Shown here: positions 25,250 through 34,083 of the stretch, piece after piece | How the letters are laid out: every line of letters begins with the position of its first letter | Numbering within the stretch: position 1 is the stretch's first letter | Assembly (NCBI GenBank): GCA_023430945.1 | Contig: JAEYYE010000391.1 | Span: forward strand, 1-36,163 | DNA: 36,163 bases | Direction of reading: 5' to 3' | DNA from: Bacteroidota bacterium | Lineage (GTDB): Bacteria > Bacteroidota > Bacteroidia > Flavobacteriales_F > PHOS-HE28 | Program-made: the position numbers and the translations under genes | Notes under the pieces: model-generated | What the model saw: only the letters and a program-made list of their open reading frames with translations | Told to the model about the DNA's origin: nothing | Database searches by the model: none

Positions 25250-28051
25250 ATGTTCCGACAACTACATCTTCTCCTGTGTGCGATCGTTCTTTCCGGTGCT
25301 TCGTTCATGGCGAACGCACAATGTGTTCCGCCGGAAGTGACCTATTCCTTCACCGGGGATTGCCAGACCGGTGAATTCTACATCGATCTGGACGTTGCAT
25401 CGCTGGGCGATTCGCCGGGCCTCACCATTGAGTATGAACTTTTCGGCTTCACCGAGACCTTCACCGACGTGCAGGTGGGTGTATTGCAGATCGGTCCCTT
25501 CTATGTGGACGAGATCGTGAACATAACCGTGATACATGGTGGCGATCCGGCGTGCGATCTCACGTTCGCTGGTTTGAACCCGGCGGCGGATTGTCCCTTC
25601 TATCTGGCCTGCGGATCACCCCCGATCATTCTCAATTACTGTTACCAGGACGATCAGGTGACGTACTGGATCTTTGAAGGGCTTGGCGATGGATCGCTCG
25701 TGTTGAATTTCCTGAGCGGCCAGATCGGCGCGGGGGATACCTTGATGGTCTACGATGGTGTGGATGCGAACGCACCACTTCTCTACCAGCATCCGGGAGG
25801 CGCACTTGCCGATCTTTCAGGGATCAACCTGATCAGCAGCTCGCCTTACATGTACATCTACTTGAGCTCCAATTCGGCTGGTAGTTGTGCAAGCGGCCTT
25901 ACCGAACTTTCGTGGCAGATCGCCTGCCTGGATTGTGCCTTCCCGAACTATACGGCCACGGTGATCGATGATTGCGCGAACGATCAGTTCAGCATTGAGC
26001 TCGATATCCTTACCACTGGTGATGGAAGCAGCGTTGATATTGAATACAGCGTTGATGGCGGGCCTTTGCAGACCATGAACGTTGGTGTGGGCATGGTGGT
26101 GCTCGGGCCTTATGCGCTTGGCCAGCAGGTGAACATCACGCTCGGTCATGAGATCGAAGCGCTGTGTGACCAGCCGCTGGGCATCTTCACCGATACGGGG
26201 TATTGCCCTACGTTGGTGGAATGCGGGCAACCGGATGTGACACAGAGCTATTGCTATAGTGACAACGATTCACAGTTCTGGGTGTATGAAGTGGTCGGCA
26301 ACCAGGGAGCGTTGTACCTTGAATTCACCGCAGGAATGATCGAGGCCGCGACAGGCGACAGCCTGATCATACGCGACGGCGCCGATGAGAGCGCGCCCAT
26401 CATTTTCGAACATACGGGCGGCACGCTCGATCTTACCGGTCTCTCGGTGATCTCCAACAGCGGATCGCTCTTCGTTTACATGAGCTCCGACTTCGAGAAC
26501 AGCTGCGCCACCACCCCGAATTGGGAATGGCAATGGTACCTCACCTGTCTTGATTGCTTCCCTGCGATCGCCGGATTCCAGTTGATCCAGGATTGTGAGA
26601 ACGCTCAATATTTCATCGATGTGAACCTGAGCAGCCTGGGAAGTGATCCCGAAGTTACGATCACCAACAACTCAAGCGCCCCGGAGGTGAACGTATCCGC
26701 TCCCGGTAACGTGATGGTGGGCCCGTTCCCTACTGGTACGCAGGGACAGGTGACCCTGGTGAATGATCAGAACAACGTATGCAATGTGACCTCGCCGATC
26801 TTCATCGATCCGCTGTGCCCAACGTATGTATGCGGAAGTGAACCCCTTGTGGAAACGTATTGTTATGGCCCCAACGAGAACATGGCCTGGGCATATGCTA
26901 CTGCAGGTACGGGCCAGATCAGGTTGGTCTTCAATATCGGCACGATCGCAAGTTCGTTGAACGATTCCCTGCGCATCTATGATGGCGTGGACGATCAGTC
27001 ACCGCTGTTGTTCGAACACGTGAACGGAGCCACCTCACAGCTTGGTCCTGATGGGTACGGTGTTGATGTAACGGCGTCCGGCCCGAACATCTACATGGAG
27101 CTCACTTCCAACGGTACGGTACAATGTTCGAGCAGCACCACTTTCGATCCCATGGAATGGCAGGTGACCTGTGAATCGTGCGTGCCACCGGGCGTTAACT
27201 ACATCCTTGAACCGGACTGTGAACACCTGAGCTATAACGCCGTTGTGGAAGTGATCACTCCCACCGGGCCGAGTGGTTTCCAGATCGTGGAGACCACCAG
27301 CGGCGAGATCCTGAATGCACCGCAACCCGGTAATTACACCTTCAATGCATCCTTCGATCTTGATTCGGCCGTGACCTTCCTGCTCACCGATCTGGATGCA
27401 GCCGGTTGCATCTATGATAGCGGTCCGCTCGTATTCACTCGCGACAGTTGCATCATCCGCAGTTGTGGCGTGGACAACTACAGTCTCTGTTATGGGAACA
27501 ATGAGGATCGCTGGTACACGTACCAGGCCGACGGCAATGTTCCCATTTCATTGAAATTCCTTGAAGGCCAGATGATGCCGAGCGATGATATCGTAGTGTA
27601 CAACGGCCTTCATGGGAACCCCGGCCAGGCCGTGATGTACCAAGGGAACAATGGCGGGAACCTCACGGGTATCACCATCAATTCCGCGAATCTGCTGAAC
27701 GCGATCACGCTTCGCATACGATCGAACGATGAATGGTCCTGCGAGGATGGATTCGTTACGACACCGCTGCGTTGGGATGTTGGCTGCGGTTATGTAGGGA
27801 TGGATGAATTCGGCCTGTCCGATTTCACCCTGCACCCGAATCCCACGGCCGGCAACATCACCATCGGCGATGTCCGGCAAGGCTCATCGGCACGGATACT
27901 TGATATTAGTGGGAGGGAAGTGCTTTCGTTGCAGCGGATCGGAGCATCCAGCACCACGATCGATGTATCGATGTTGCAGGACGGGCAGTATTTCATGCAG
28001 GTGATCTCCGATCGGGGGATCGGTACAAGATCGTTCCAGTTGATCAGGTGA
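25250..28051 (+). CDS. T9SS-secreted Cys-rich repeat protein, paralogue 1 (4 x [unassigned ~95-aa module + CUB-like ~110-aa module] + Por-type C-terminal sorting domain)
   Basis: I place the start at MFRQLHLLLCAIVLSGASFMANAQ (Met44 of the track ORF). The four-fold alternating repeat is described in the findings. The last ~80 aa (FTLHPNPTAGNITI...DISGREV...LQDGQYFMQV) match the T9SS type A CTD pattern. Confidence 0.85.
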   Translation: MFRQLHLLLCAIVLSGASFMANAQCVPPEVTYSFTGDCQTGEFYIDLDVASLGDSPGLTIEYELFGFTETFTDVQVGVLQIGPFYVDEIVNITVIHGGDPACDLTFAGLNPAADCPFYLACGSPPIILNYCYQDDQVTYWIFEGLGDGSLVLNFLSGQIGAGDTLMVYDGVDANAPLLYQHPGGALADLSGINLISSSPYMYIYLSSNSAGSCASGLTELSWQIACLDCAFPNYTATVIDDCANDQFSIELDILTTGDGSSVDIEYSVDGGPLQTMNVGVGMVVLGPYALGQQVNITLGHEIEALCDQPLGIFTDTGYCPTLVECGQPDVTQSYCYSDNDSQFWVYEVVGNQGALYLEFTAGMIEAATGDSLIIRDGADESAPIIFEHTGGTLDLTGLSVISNSGSLFVYMSSDFENSCATTPNWEWQWYLTCLDCFPAIAGFQLIQDCENAQYFIDVNLSSLGSDPEVTITNNSSAPEVNVSAPGNVMVGPFPTGTQGQVTLVNDQNNVCNVTSPIFIDPLCPTYVCGSEPLVETYCYGPNENMAWAYATAGTGQIRLVFNIGTIASSLNDSLRIYDGVDDQSPLLFEHVNGATSQLGPDGYGVDVTASGPNIYMELTSNGTVQCSSSTTFDPMEWQVTCESCVPPGVNYILEPDCEHLSYNAVVEVITPTGPSGFQIVETTSGEILNAPQPGNYTFNASFDLDSAVTFLLTDLDAAGCIYDSGPLVFTRDSCIIRSCGVDNYSLCYGNNEDRWYTYQADGNVPISLKFLEGQMMPSDDIVVYNGLHGNPGQAVMYQGNNGGNLTGITINSANLLNAITLRIRSNDEWSCEDGFVTTPLRWDVGCGYVGMDEFGLSDFTLHPNPTAGNITIGDVRQGSSARILDISGREVLSLQRIGASSTTIDVSMLQDGQYFMQVISDRGIGTRSFQLIR

Positions 28052-28070
28052 TCGATCCGGTCATCGATCG

Positions 28071-28096
28071 AAAAGCCCGGCCATGGCCGGGCTTTT
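28071..28096. terminator. Rho-independent (bidirectional-type) terminator
   Basis: Perfect palindrome AAAAGCCCGGCCATGGCCGGGCTTTT, 20 nt after the stop of paralogue 1. Confidence 0.8.
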
Positions 28097-28205
28097 CGAT
28101 CTTCCGTGGGATCGTTCGGATCGTGTTGATTACGTGTGGTGATCGCTGGATAACGAGGCGAGCGACAAATTACATTAGCTGCCACTTACACCAAACCCCT
28201 TCTGC

Positions 28206-31200
28206 ATGTTCCGGAGCTTACGCTATCTGCTTTGTACCATCCTTGCCATCGGCCTGTTCACGGCCGTTGATGCACAGGATGGCTGCGTCAACACCGCCCA
28301 ATATCCTGGCATCGAGATCACACCCGATCCATCAGGTGCGGTAACACCAGTATCAACCTGCATCTTTCTGCAGGAATTCACCCACTATACGGGGATCGTG
28401 AGTGGAAGCACCTACAAATTCACGATCAACGGTAATGGATACATCACCCTTCGATCCGGCACGAGCGATGGCCCGGTGGTGATGTCGGGTTACGATTACC
28501 TGATCTACACCGCAGCGTCGAACGATGATCTGTTCGCCCATTACACGGTCGATGAGAATTGCGCCACTGCCACCAATTGCCAGGAGAACACCGTGCAATT
28601 GATGCTCAACTGCATTCCGCCGATGGTGGGTTACGAATGGATCGAGGATTGCAGCACCGGCGAATTTACGGTGCAATTGGACTTCATCGATCTGGGCGAT
28701 TCTCCTGGGCTTACCGTTGAATACACGATCGATGGCACCGCCGGAACGATCTCTTCCGTGAATGTTGGGACCGTGGACATCGGGCCTGTAGTTCTTGGCC
28801 AGACCGTGGACATCAGCATCGTGTACGGCGGTCAACCGGATTGCGACATCGTCTTCAGCGACCTGCAGCCTTTTTCGGGTTGTCCGTTCGAGCTTACGTG
28901 TGGTGCTCCGGCAACGAACATGAGCTACTGCTACAACGGTGGTGACAACGTCTCCTGGTACTTCCAGGGCCAGGGCACGGGATGCATCCGGCTGGACTTC
29001 GTGAGCGGCATGATCGGTGGTGGTGACTTCATCACCATCTACGACGGTCCTGACAATTCCTATCCGATCCTTTTCGAACAGTTGATCTGGGCCGACCTGG
29101 ATCTCGCTGGAACAACGATCGTTTCCTCCGGACCGGAGATGTTCATGACACTTGTGGCCGATGCCTTCAGCAGCTGCAGCGACAGCATCTATGCACCGAT
29201 CGAATGGAACGTTGCATGCCTTGATTGCACATTGCCGCAGGCGGAAGTGACGATCGTGGAGGATTGCCCCAACAACCAGTACACCATCCAGGTGAACGTT
29301 ACGTCCGCAGGCGATGGTAACACGGTCGATATTGAATACGCCGTGAACGGTGGGACGCCGCAGACCGTAACCGGCGCTGCGGTGGGGCAGACCGATATCG
29401 GGCCGTTCACGATCAATGATCAGGTAGCGATCACATTGCAGCATGAGAATGATGGCATGTGCGATGTTTCGCTGGGCACCTTTACGGATAGTGGCGCATG
29501 TCCCACGATCGTTACCTGCGGCGCACCCGATGTATTGGAGACCTATTGTTATGGGAACGGTGATTCACAATTCTGGTTCTACCAATTGGAAGGCATCGGC
29601 GGATCACTTTTCCTCACCTTCACAAGCGGCACCATCGAATCGAACTTCTTCGACAACCTTGCGATCCATGATGGCTTCGACGGAACTGCACCGATCATCT
29701 GGCAGCATACATCGGAAGAAATGTTCGACCTTACCGGTGTAGCCGTTACATCCACTTCCGGGTCATTGTTCATGACGATGTCATCTGATGGCAGTTCAAG
29801 CTGTGATGATCAATCCCAGACCGAATGGAACTGGACCTTGACCTGCCTGGATTGCTCACCTGCCATCGCGAGCTACAACATCGTGCAGGATTGCGCCAAC
29901 TTCCAATATTTCGTTGATGTCGTTGTGACTGAAATGGGAAGCGATCCCGAGATCACCGTGACCAATGATGGTGGTGCCGCGGAGGCCACGATCTCCGCAC
30001 CTGGAACCGTGCAGGTAGGCCCATTCGTTTCAGGCACTCCCGTACAGATCACATTGGTGAACGATTCGAACGCCCTTTGCAATGCTGTTTCGGACATCAT
30101 GGTGAATCCGCTGTGCCCTCAGATCATTTGCGGCACCACGCCATTCCAGGAAACGTATTGCTACGATGCGAACGAGAACATGGCCTGGGCCTATGAGGTT
30201 TCGGGCAATGGCAACGTACACCTTGTGTTCGACATCGGTACGATCGAATCCGATACATGGGATGACCTTACGATCTACGATGGTCCGGATGCGCAATCGC
30301 CCATCCTGTTCCAGCACATTGGTGGCACATCGGAGCTTGGCCCCGATGGCAGCGCCGTGAATGGTGACGGTTTCGTTTACTATGGCGTGGATGTGACCTC
30401 CACCGGCCAGAACCTGTACATGACGCTCACCTCTGATGGATCGGTGCAGTGCACCAGCATGACCAATTTCGATGCATGGGAATGGAATGTGAGCTGCGAA
30501 GGTTGCGATGCCCCAGGTGTTTCCTATACCCTGGAAGCGGATTGCGAACATCTGCTCTACAAAGTGGCTGTGAACGTAACTGAATTGACCGGTCCGCTGG
30601 GTCTGCAGATCACGGAGATGAGCACCGGCGAAACGGTTACAGCAACATCACCGAACACTTTCCTCTTCAACACCATTTTCGGGCTGGACAGCATTTCCAA
30701 CTTCGAAGTGGTGGATTTTGATAATGAAGGCTGTACTTATGAAAGCGGTCCGATGGTCTTTACGCGTGATAGTTGCGTGATCAACAGCTGCGGCCTGGAC
30801 AATTACGAAGTGTGCTACGAGAACAACGAGGATCGCTGGTACACGTACCGATCGGTCGGGAACGTTCCGGTGGCCATCTTCTTCTATGAAGGCCAGATGC
30901 TGAGCAATGACATGGTGACGCTTTACAACGGTCTTGTGGATGCACCCGGCAACATCATATTCTCCGGCAACAACAGCGGCAACCTCACGGGCCTCACGGT
31001 GAATTCGAACAACACGGATAATGCGCTTACCCTGCGGATCCGTTCCAACGACAGCGGTTCCTGCTCCGATGGATCGGCCACGGTGCCGTTGCGTTGGGAT
31101 GTGGGTTGTGGCTTCGTAGGGATCGATGAGGTCGCGCGAACCGGTTTCTCGATCTTCCCCAACCCATCCACCGGCATGTTGAACATCGATCTGGGTTCAG

Positions 31201-31385
31201 TGATGGAAGGAGAGATGAACATCCGTGTGACCGACATGAGCGGCCGGATCGCTGCAGAACGCACGGTGCTCGGTTCGTTCGATCGCACCTCGCTCGATCT
31301 GGGCCAGTTGCAGAACGGCCAGTACATGGTCACGATCGTAACAGAGAACTGGACGGCCACCAAGCTATTGCAATTGATGCGCTGA
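28206..31385 (+). CDS. T9SS-secreted Cys-rich repeat protein, paralogue 2 (extra N-terminal domain + the same 4 x two-module array + CTD)
   Basis: Signal peptide MFRSLRYLLCTILAIGLFTAVDAQ. It is module-by-module collinear with paralogue 1. The CTD is FSIFPNPSTGMLNI...DMSGRI...LQNGQYMVTI. Confidence 0.88.
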   Translation: MFRSLRYLLCTILAIGLFTAVDAQDGCVNTAQYPGIEITPDPSGAVTPVSTCIFLQEFTHYTGIVSGSTYKFTINGNGYITLRSGTSDGPVVMSGYDYLIYTAASNDDLFAHYTVDENCATATNCQENTVQLMLNCIPPMVGYEWIEDCSTGEFTVQLDFIDLGDSPGLTVEYTIDGTAGTISSVNVGTVDIGPVVLGQTVDISIVYGGQPDCDIVFSDLQPFSGCPFELTCGAPATNMSYCYNGGDNVSWYFQGQGTGCIRLDFVSGMIGGGDFITIYDGPDNSYPILFEQLIWADLDLAGTTIVSSGPEMFMTLVADAFSSCSDSIYAPIEWNVACLDCTLPQAEVTIVEDCPNNQYTIQVNVTSAGDGNTVDIEYAVNGGTPQTVTGAAVGQTDIGPFTINDQVAITLQHENDGMCDVSLGTFTDSGACPTIVTCGAPDVLETYCYGNGDSQFWFYQLEGIGGSLFLTFTSGTIESNFFDNLAIHDGFDGTAPIIWQHTSEEMFDLTGVAVTSTSGSLFMTMSSDGSSSCDDQSQTEWNWTLTCLDCSPAIASYNIVQDCANFQYFVDVVVTEMGSDPEITVTNDGGAAEATISAPGTVQVGPFVSGTPVQITLVNDSNALCNAVSDIMVNPLCPQIICGTTPFQETYCYDANENMAWAYEVSGNGNVHLVFDIGTIESDTWDDLTIYDGPDAQSPILFQHIGGTSELGPDGSAVNGDGFVYYGVDVTSTGQNLYMTLTSDGSVQCTSMTNFDAWEWNVSCEGCDAPGVSYTLEADCEHLLYKVAVNVTELTGPLGLQITEMSTGETVTATSPNTFLFNTIFGLDSISNFEVVDFDNEGCTYESGPMVFTRDSCVINSCGLDNYEVCYENNEDRWYTYRSVGNVPVAIFFYEGQMLSNDMVTLYNGLVDAPGNIIFSGNNSGNLTGLTVNSNNTDNALTLRIRSNDSGSCSDGSATVPLRWDVGCGFVGIDEVARTGFSIFPNPSTGMLNIDLGSVMEGEMNIRVTDMSGRIAAERTVLGSFDRTSLDLGQLQNGQYMVTIVTENWTATKLLQLMR

Positions 31386-31403
31386 TCGGTAGATCACGAA
31401 CGG

Positions 31404-31431
31404 AAAAGCCCGGCGCCAGCCGGGCTTTTTT
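31404..31431 (+). terminator. Rho-independent terminator
   Basis: AAAAGCCCGGC-GCCA-GCCGGGCTTTTTT, 19 nt after the stop of paralogue 2. Confidence 0.8.
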
Positions 31432-31485
31432 CGTTCACATCATATTGATCCTTGGATCTGAAGTGTTGTTTGGGGATGCAGAACA

Positions 31486-31515
31486 AGAAGCCCCGCCGGA
31501 TCCGGCGGGGCTTCT
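31486..31515 (-). terminator. Hairpin terminator for the GAPDH gene
   Basis: Perfect 30-bp palindrome AGAAGCCCCGCCGGATCCGGCGGGGCTTCT. It lies 22 nt beyond the minus-strand stop at 31537 and is followed on that strand by TTGTTCT. Confidence 0.65.
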
Positions 31516-31536
31516 TCATTTCGATCGAAGATCCGA

Positions 31537-33000
31537 TCAATAGTAGATCAAGCGGCGTACGCGCGCAACATGCTTCGCCAGGCGGATCACTTGCTTGGTG
31601 TAACCGAACTCATTGTCGTACCACGCGTAAAGAACAACGTTCTTTCCATCGGGGCTTACGATCGTGGCATTACTGTCGAATACGCTGCAACAGGTATCCC
31701 CGATGATGTCGCTGCTCACCAACTCGGGATCGATCTGGTAATGGATCTGGTTCACGAGTTCGCCGTTCAATGCTGCGTGGCGTACGAATTCGTTCACTTC
31801 CTCCAACGTCACCTTCTTGTTCAGGGTAAGGTTCATGATCGCCAGCGATCCGTTCGGGGTCGGTACACGCACGGCATTCGCCGTGAGTTTGTCCTTCAGG
31901 CTCGGGATCGCTTTCGTAACGGCCGATCCGGCACCGGTGCTGGTGATCACCATGTTGATCGCAGCGCTGCGTCCGCGGCGCGGCTTCTTATGGTAGTTGT
32001 CCAGGAGGTTCTGGTCGTTCGTGTAGGCGTGAACGGTCTCGATGTGTCCTTTTTCGATCCCGACCTTATCCTCCATCACCTTCAGGATCGGGCAGATGGC
32101 GTTGGTGGTGCAGCTCGCTGCACTGAAGATCTTTTCCCCTTCCAGATCGAGATCGCTGTGGTTGATGCCGTAGACCACGTTCGGGATCTCTTTGCCTGGC
32201 GCCGTAAGGATCACTTTACCGGCTCCTTTCGCCTTCAAATGCCGCTCAAGATCCGATCGTTTGGTGAATGCACCTGTGTTGTCGATCACCAGAGCATCAT
32301 TGATCCCATAGGCCGTGTAATCCACATCTTCCGGATTGGAAGCAGCGATCAACTGCACCATCTGGCCGTTGATCCAAAGTGCCTTGTTCTTCAGGTCTTC
32401 GGTCACCGATCCCTTGAACGCCCCGTGAACACTGTCGTTTCGAAGAAGGGCCGCACGCTTCACGATCTCTTCATCGCTGAGGGTACGCGTTACGATCGCA
32501 CGAAGGCGGAGCTGCTGGCCTTTGCCGGCCTGCTTCACCAATTCCCGTGCAGCGATCCGCCCGATCCGGCCGAAACCGTAAAGGACCACATCACGCGGCT
32601 CGAACTTGTGCTTGTCCTGGCCGATGAAACCATGCAAGGTGGTCTTCAGGAATTCCTTGGTGGAAGCCGGTTTCGGCTTCGCGGTAAGGTATTCATGTGT
32701 CAACCGGCCGATATCCAGCTTGGATGGAGCAAGGTCCAGATCGAGCAGATCGCGGGCGATCTCCCTGGAAGTATAGATATCGATCGGCTTTTTCACCACC
32801 TGCTCGGCATAGTTGAAAAGGTTCAACACTTCCGAGGTTCCGATGTCGAGCAGGTGGTTGCGGAAGAAGACGAGTTCCACCCCCTTGCCGTACATGAGCT
32901 GGCCCACCGAGTTGTTCAGATCGACCGCGGCCCGTTCCCTGTCTACATACTCCTTCAGCCCGGCCTCATAGCCGGTCTTCACTTCGAGGATCTCCTCCAT
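31537..33000 (-). CDS. gap: Glyceraldehyde-3-phosphate dehydrogenase, long (~480 aa) form
   Basis: Rossmann motif VVLYGFGRIGR, catalytic SAASCTTNA, and WYDNEFGY near the C-terminus. It has an N-terminal extension of about 135 aa. Confidence 0.88.
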   Translation of the reverse strand: MEEILEVKTGYEAGLKEYVDRERAAVDLNNSVGQLMYGKGVELVFFRNHLLDIGTSEVLNLFNYAEQVVKKPIDIYTSREIARDLLDLDLAPSKLDIGRLTHEYLTAKPKPASTKEFLKTTLHGFIGQDKHKFEPRDVVLYGFGRIGRIAARELVKQAGKGQQLRLRAIVTRTLSDEEIVKRAALLRNDSVHGAFKGSVTEDLKNKALWINGQMVQLIAASNPEDVDYTAYGINDALVIDNTGAFTKRSDLERHLKAKGAGKVILTAPGKEIPNVVYGINHSDLDLEGEKIFSAASCTTNAICPILKVMEDKVGIEKGHIETVHAYTNDQNLLDNYHKKPRRGRSAAINMVITSTGAGSAVTKAIPSLKDKLTANAVRVPTPNGSLAIMNLTLNKKVTLEEVNEFVRHAALNGELVNQIHYQIDPELVSSDIIGDTCCSVFDSNATIVSPDGKNVVLYAWYDNEFGYTKQVIRLAKHVARVRRLIYY

Positions 33001-33043
33001 GATGTTGTATTGAGTGTTGGACTTAACCTTCGCAAACCAGTGA

Positions 33044-33919
33044 TCAACCGAGGTACGCTTTCAGCAGCTTGCTGCGGCTGGTATGGCGTAACCGGCGGAT
33101 CGCTTTCTCTTTGATCTGGCGCACACGCTCGCGTGTGAGATCGAATTTCGCTCCGATCTCTTCCAGCGTGAGTCCATGATTGATGCCTATCCCGAAGAAC
33201 AGCTTCACCACATCACGTTCGCGTTCGGTGAGCGTGCTTAGTGCCCGTTCGATCTCTTTTGCAAGCGATTCGTTCAGCAGCAAACGATCGGCGGGAGCGC
33301 TGTCATTATTGGGCAGAACATCCAGCAGGCTGTTGCTCTCACCTTCAACGAAAGGCGCATCCATGCTTATGTGGCGGCCGCTCACCTTCATCGTGTCGGC
33401 TACTTTTTCAGCAGGCAGGTCCAGAAGTGTGGCGAGCTCGTCAGCGCTGGGCGGACGCTCATATTCCTGTTCCAGTTTCGCGAATGCCTTGTTGATCTTG
33501 TTCAATGAACCGACCTGGTTCAGCGGAAGACGCACGATCCGGCTCTGTTCGGCCAACGCTTGAAGAATGCTCTGGCGGATCCACCAGACCGCGTAGCTGA
33601 TGAACTTGAAACCTCGCGTTTCATCGAAACGCTGTGCCGCCTTGATCAGGCCCAGGTTCCCTTCGTTGATCAAGTCGGGAAGGCTAAGCCCTTGGTTCTG
33701 ATATTGTTTGGCAACGGAAACCACGAAGCGGAGGTTCGCCTTCACCAATTTTTCCAGTGCAACCCCATCACCTTCCTTGATGCGCTGTGCCAGTTCCACT
33801 TCCTGGTCGGCAGTGATCAGGCCTTCCTTGCCGATCTCCTGCAGGTATTTGTCCAGCGACTGGCTTTCCCTGTTGGTGATCGACTTGGTGATCTTGAGTT
33901 GACGCATCCTTGATGCCAC
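33044..33919 (-). CDS. rpoD: Primary RNA polymerase sigma factor (Bacteroidota SigA/RpoD, short form)
   Basis: 291 aa. Region 2 is [55 protein letters not shown]. Region 4 is [29 protein letters not shown]. Confidence 0.92.
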   Translation of the reverse strand: MASRMRQLKITKSITNRESQSLDKYLQEIGKEGLITADQEVELAQRIKEGDGVALEKLVKANLRFVVSVAKQYQNQGLSLPDLINEGNLGLIKAAQRFDETRGFKFISYAVWWIRQSILQALAEQSRIVRLPLNQVGSLNKINKAFAKLEQEYERPPSADELATLLDLPAEKVADTMKVSGRHISMDAPFVEGESNSLLDVLPNNDSAPADRLLLNESLAKEIERALSTLTERERDVVKLFFGIGINHGLTLEEIGAKFDLTRERVRQIKEKAIRRLRHTSRSKLLKAYLG

Positions 33920-34083
33920 GGTGTTCTATGATTTTGAGGTTGATCTAAAAAGGCGAACTATAGCCAACAGAAGCACCGTTCGGGTGCGAAAGCTGGCGGC
34001 AAAGGTACGACCCCATCGCCGATCGGGGCAAGGTGCCTCATCAACGATGGGGTCGGTTTGGTCGAATTTCGATGACGGATGTT

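Noticed and set aside
28144-28152. DnaA-box-like GCTGGATAA, and the idea that dense GATC near parAB marks a replication origin.
   Set aside because: There is a single 7/9 match with no box cluster or AT-rich unwinding region. The GATC excess is uniform across the window, so it carries no origin-specific information.
34009-34054. GACCCCATCG...CGATGGGGTC inverted repeat downstream of htrA as a possible terminator.
   Set aside because: The 10-bp stem encloses a 26-nt loop and is not followed by a convincing T-tract on the minus strand. I do not consider it a reliable terminator call.
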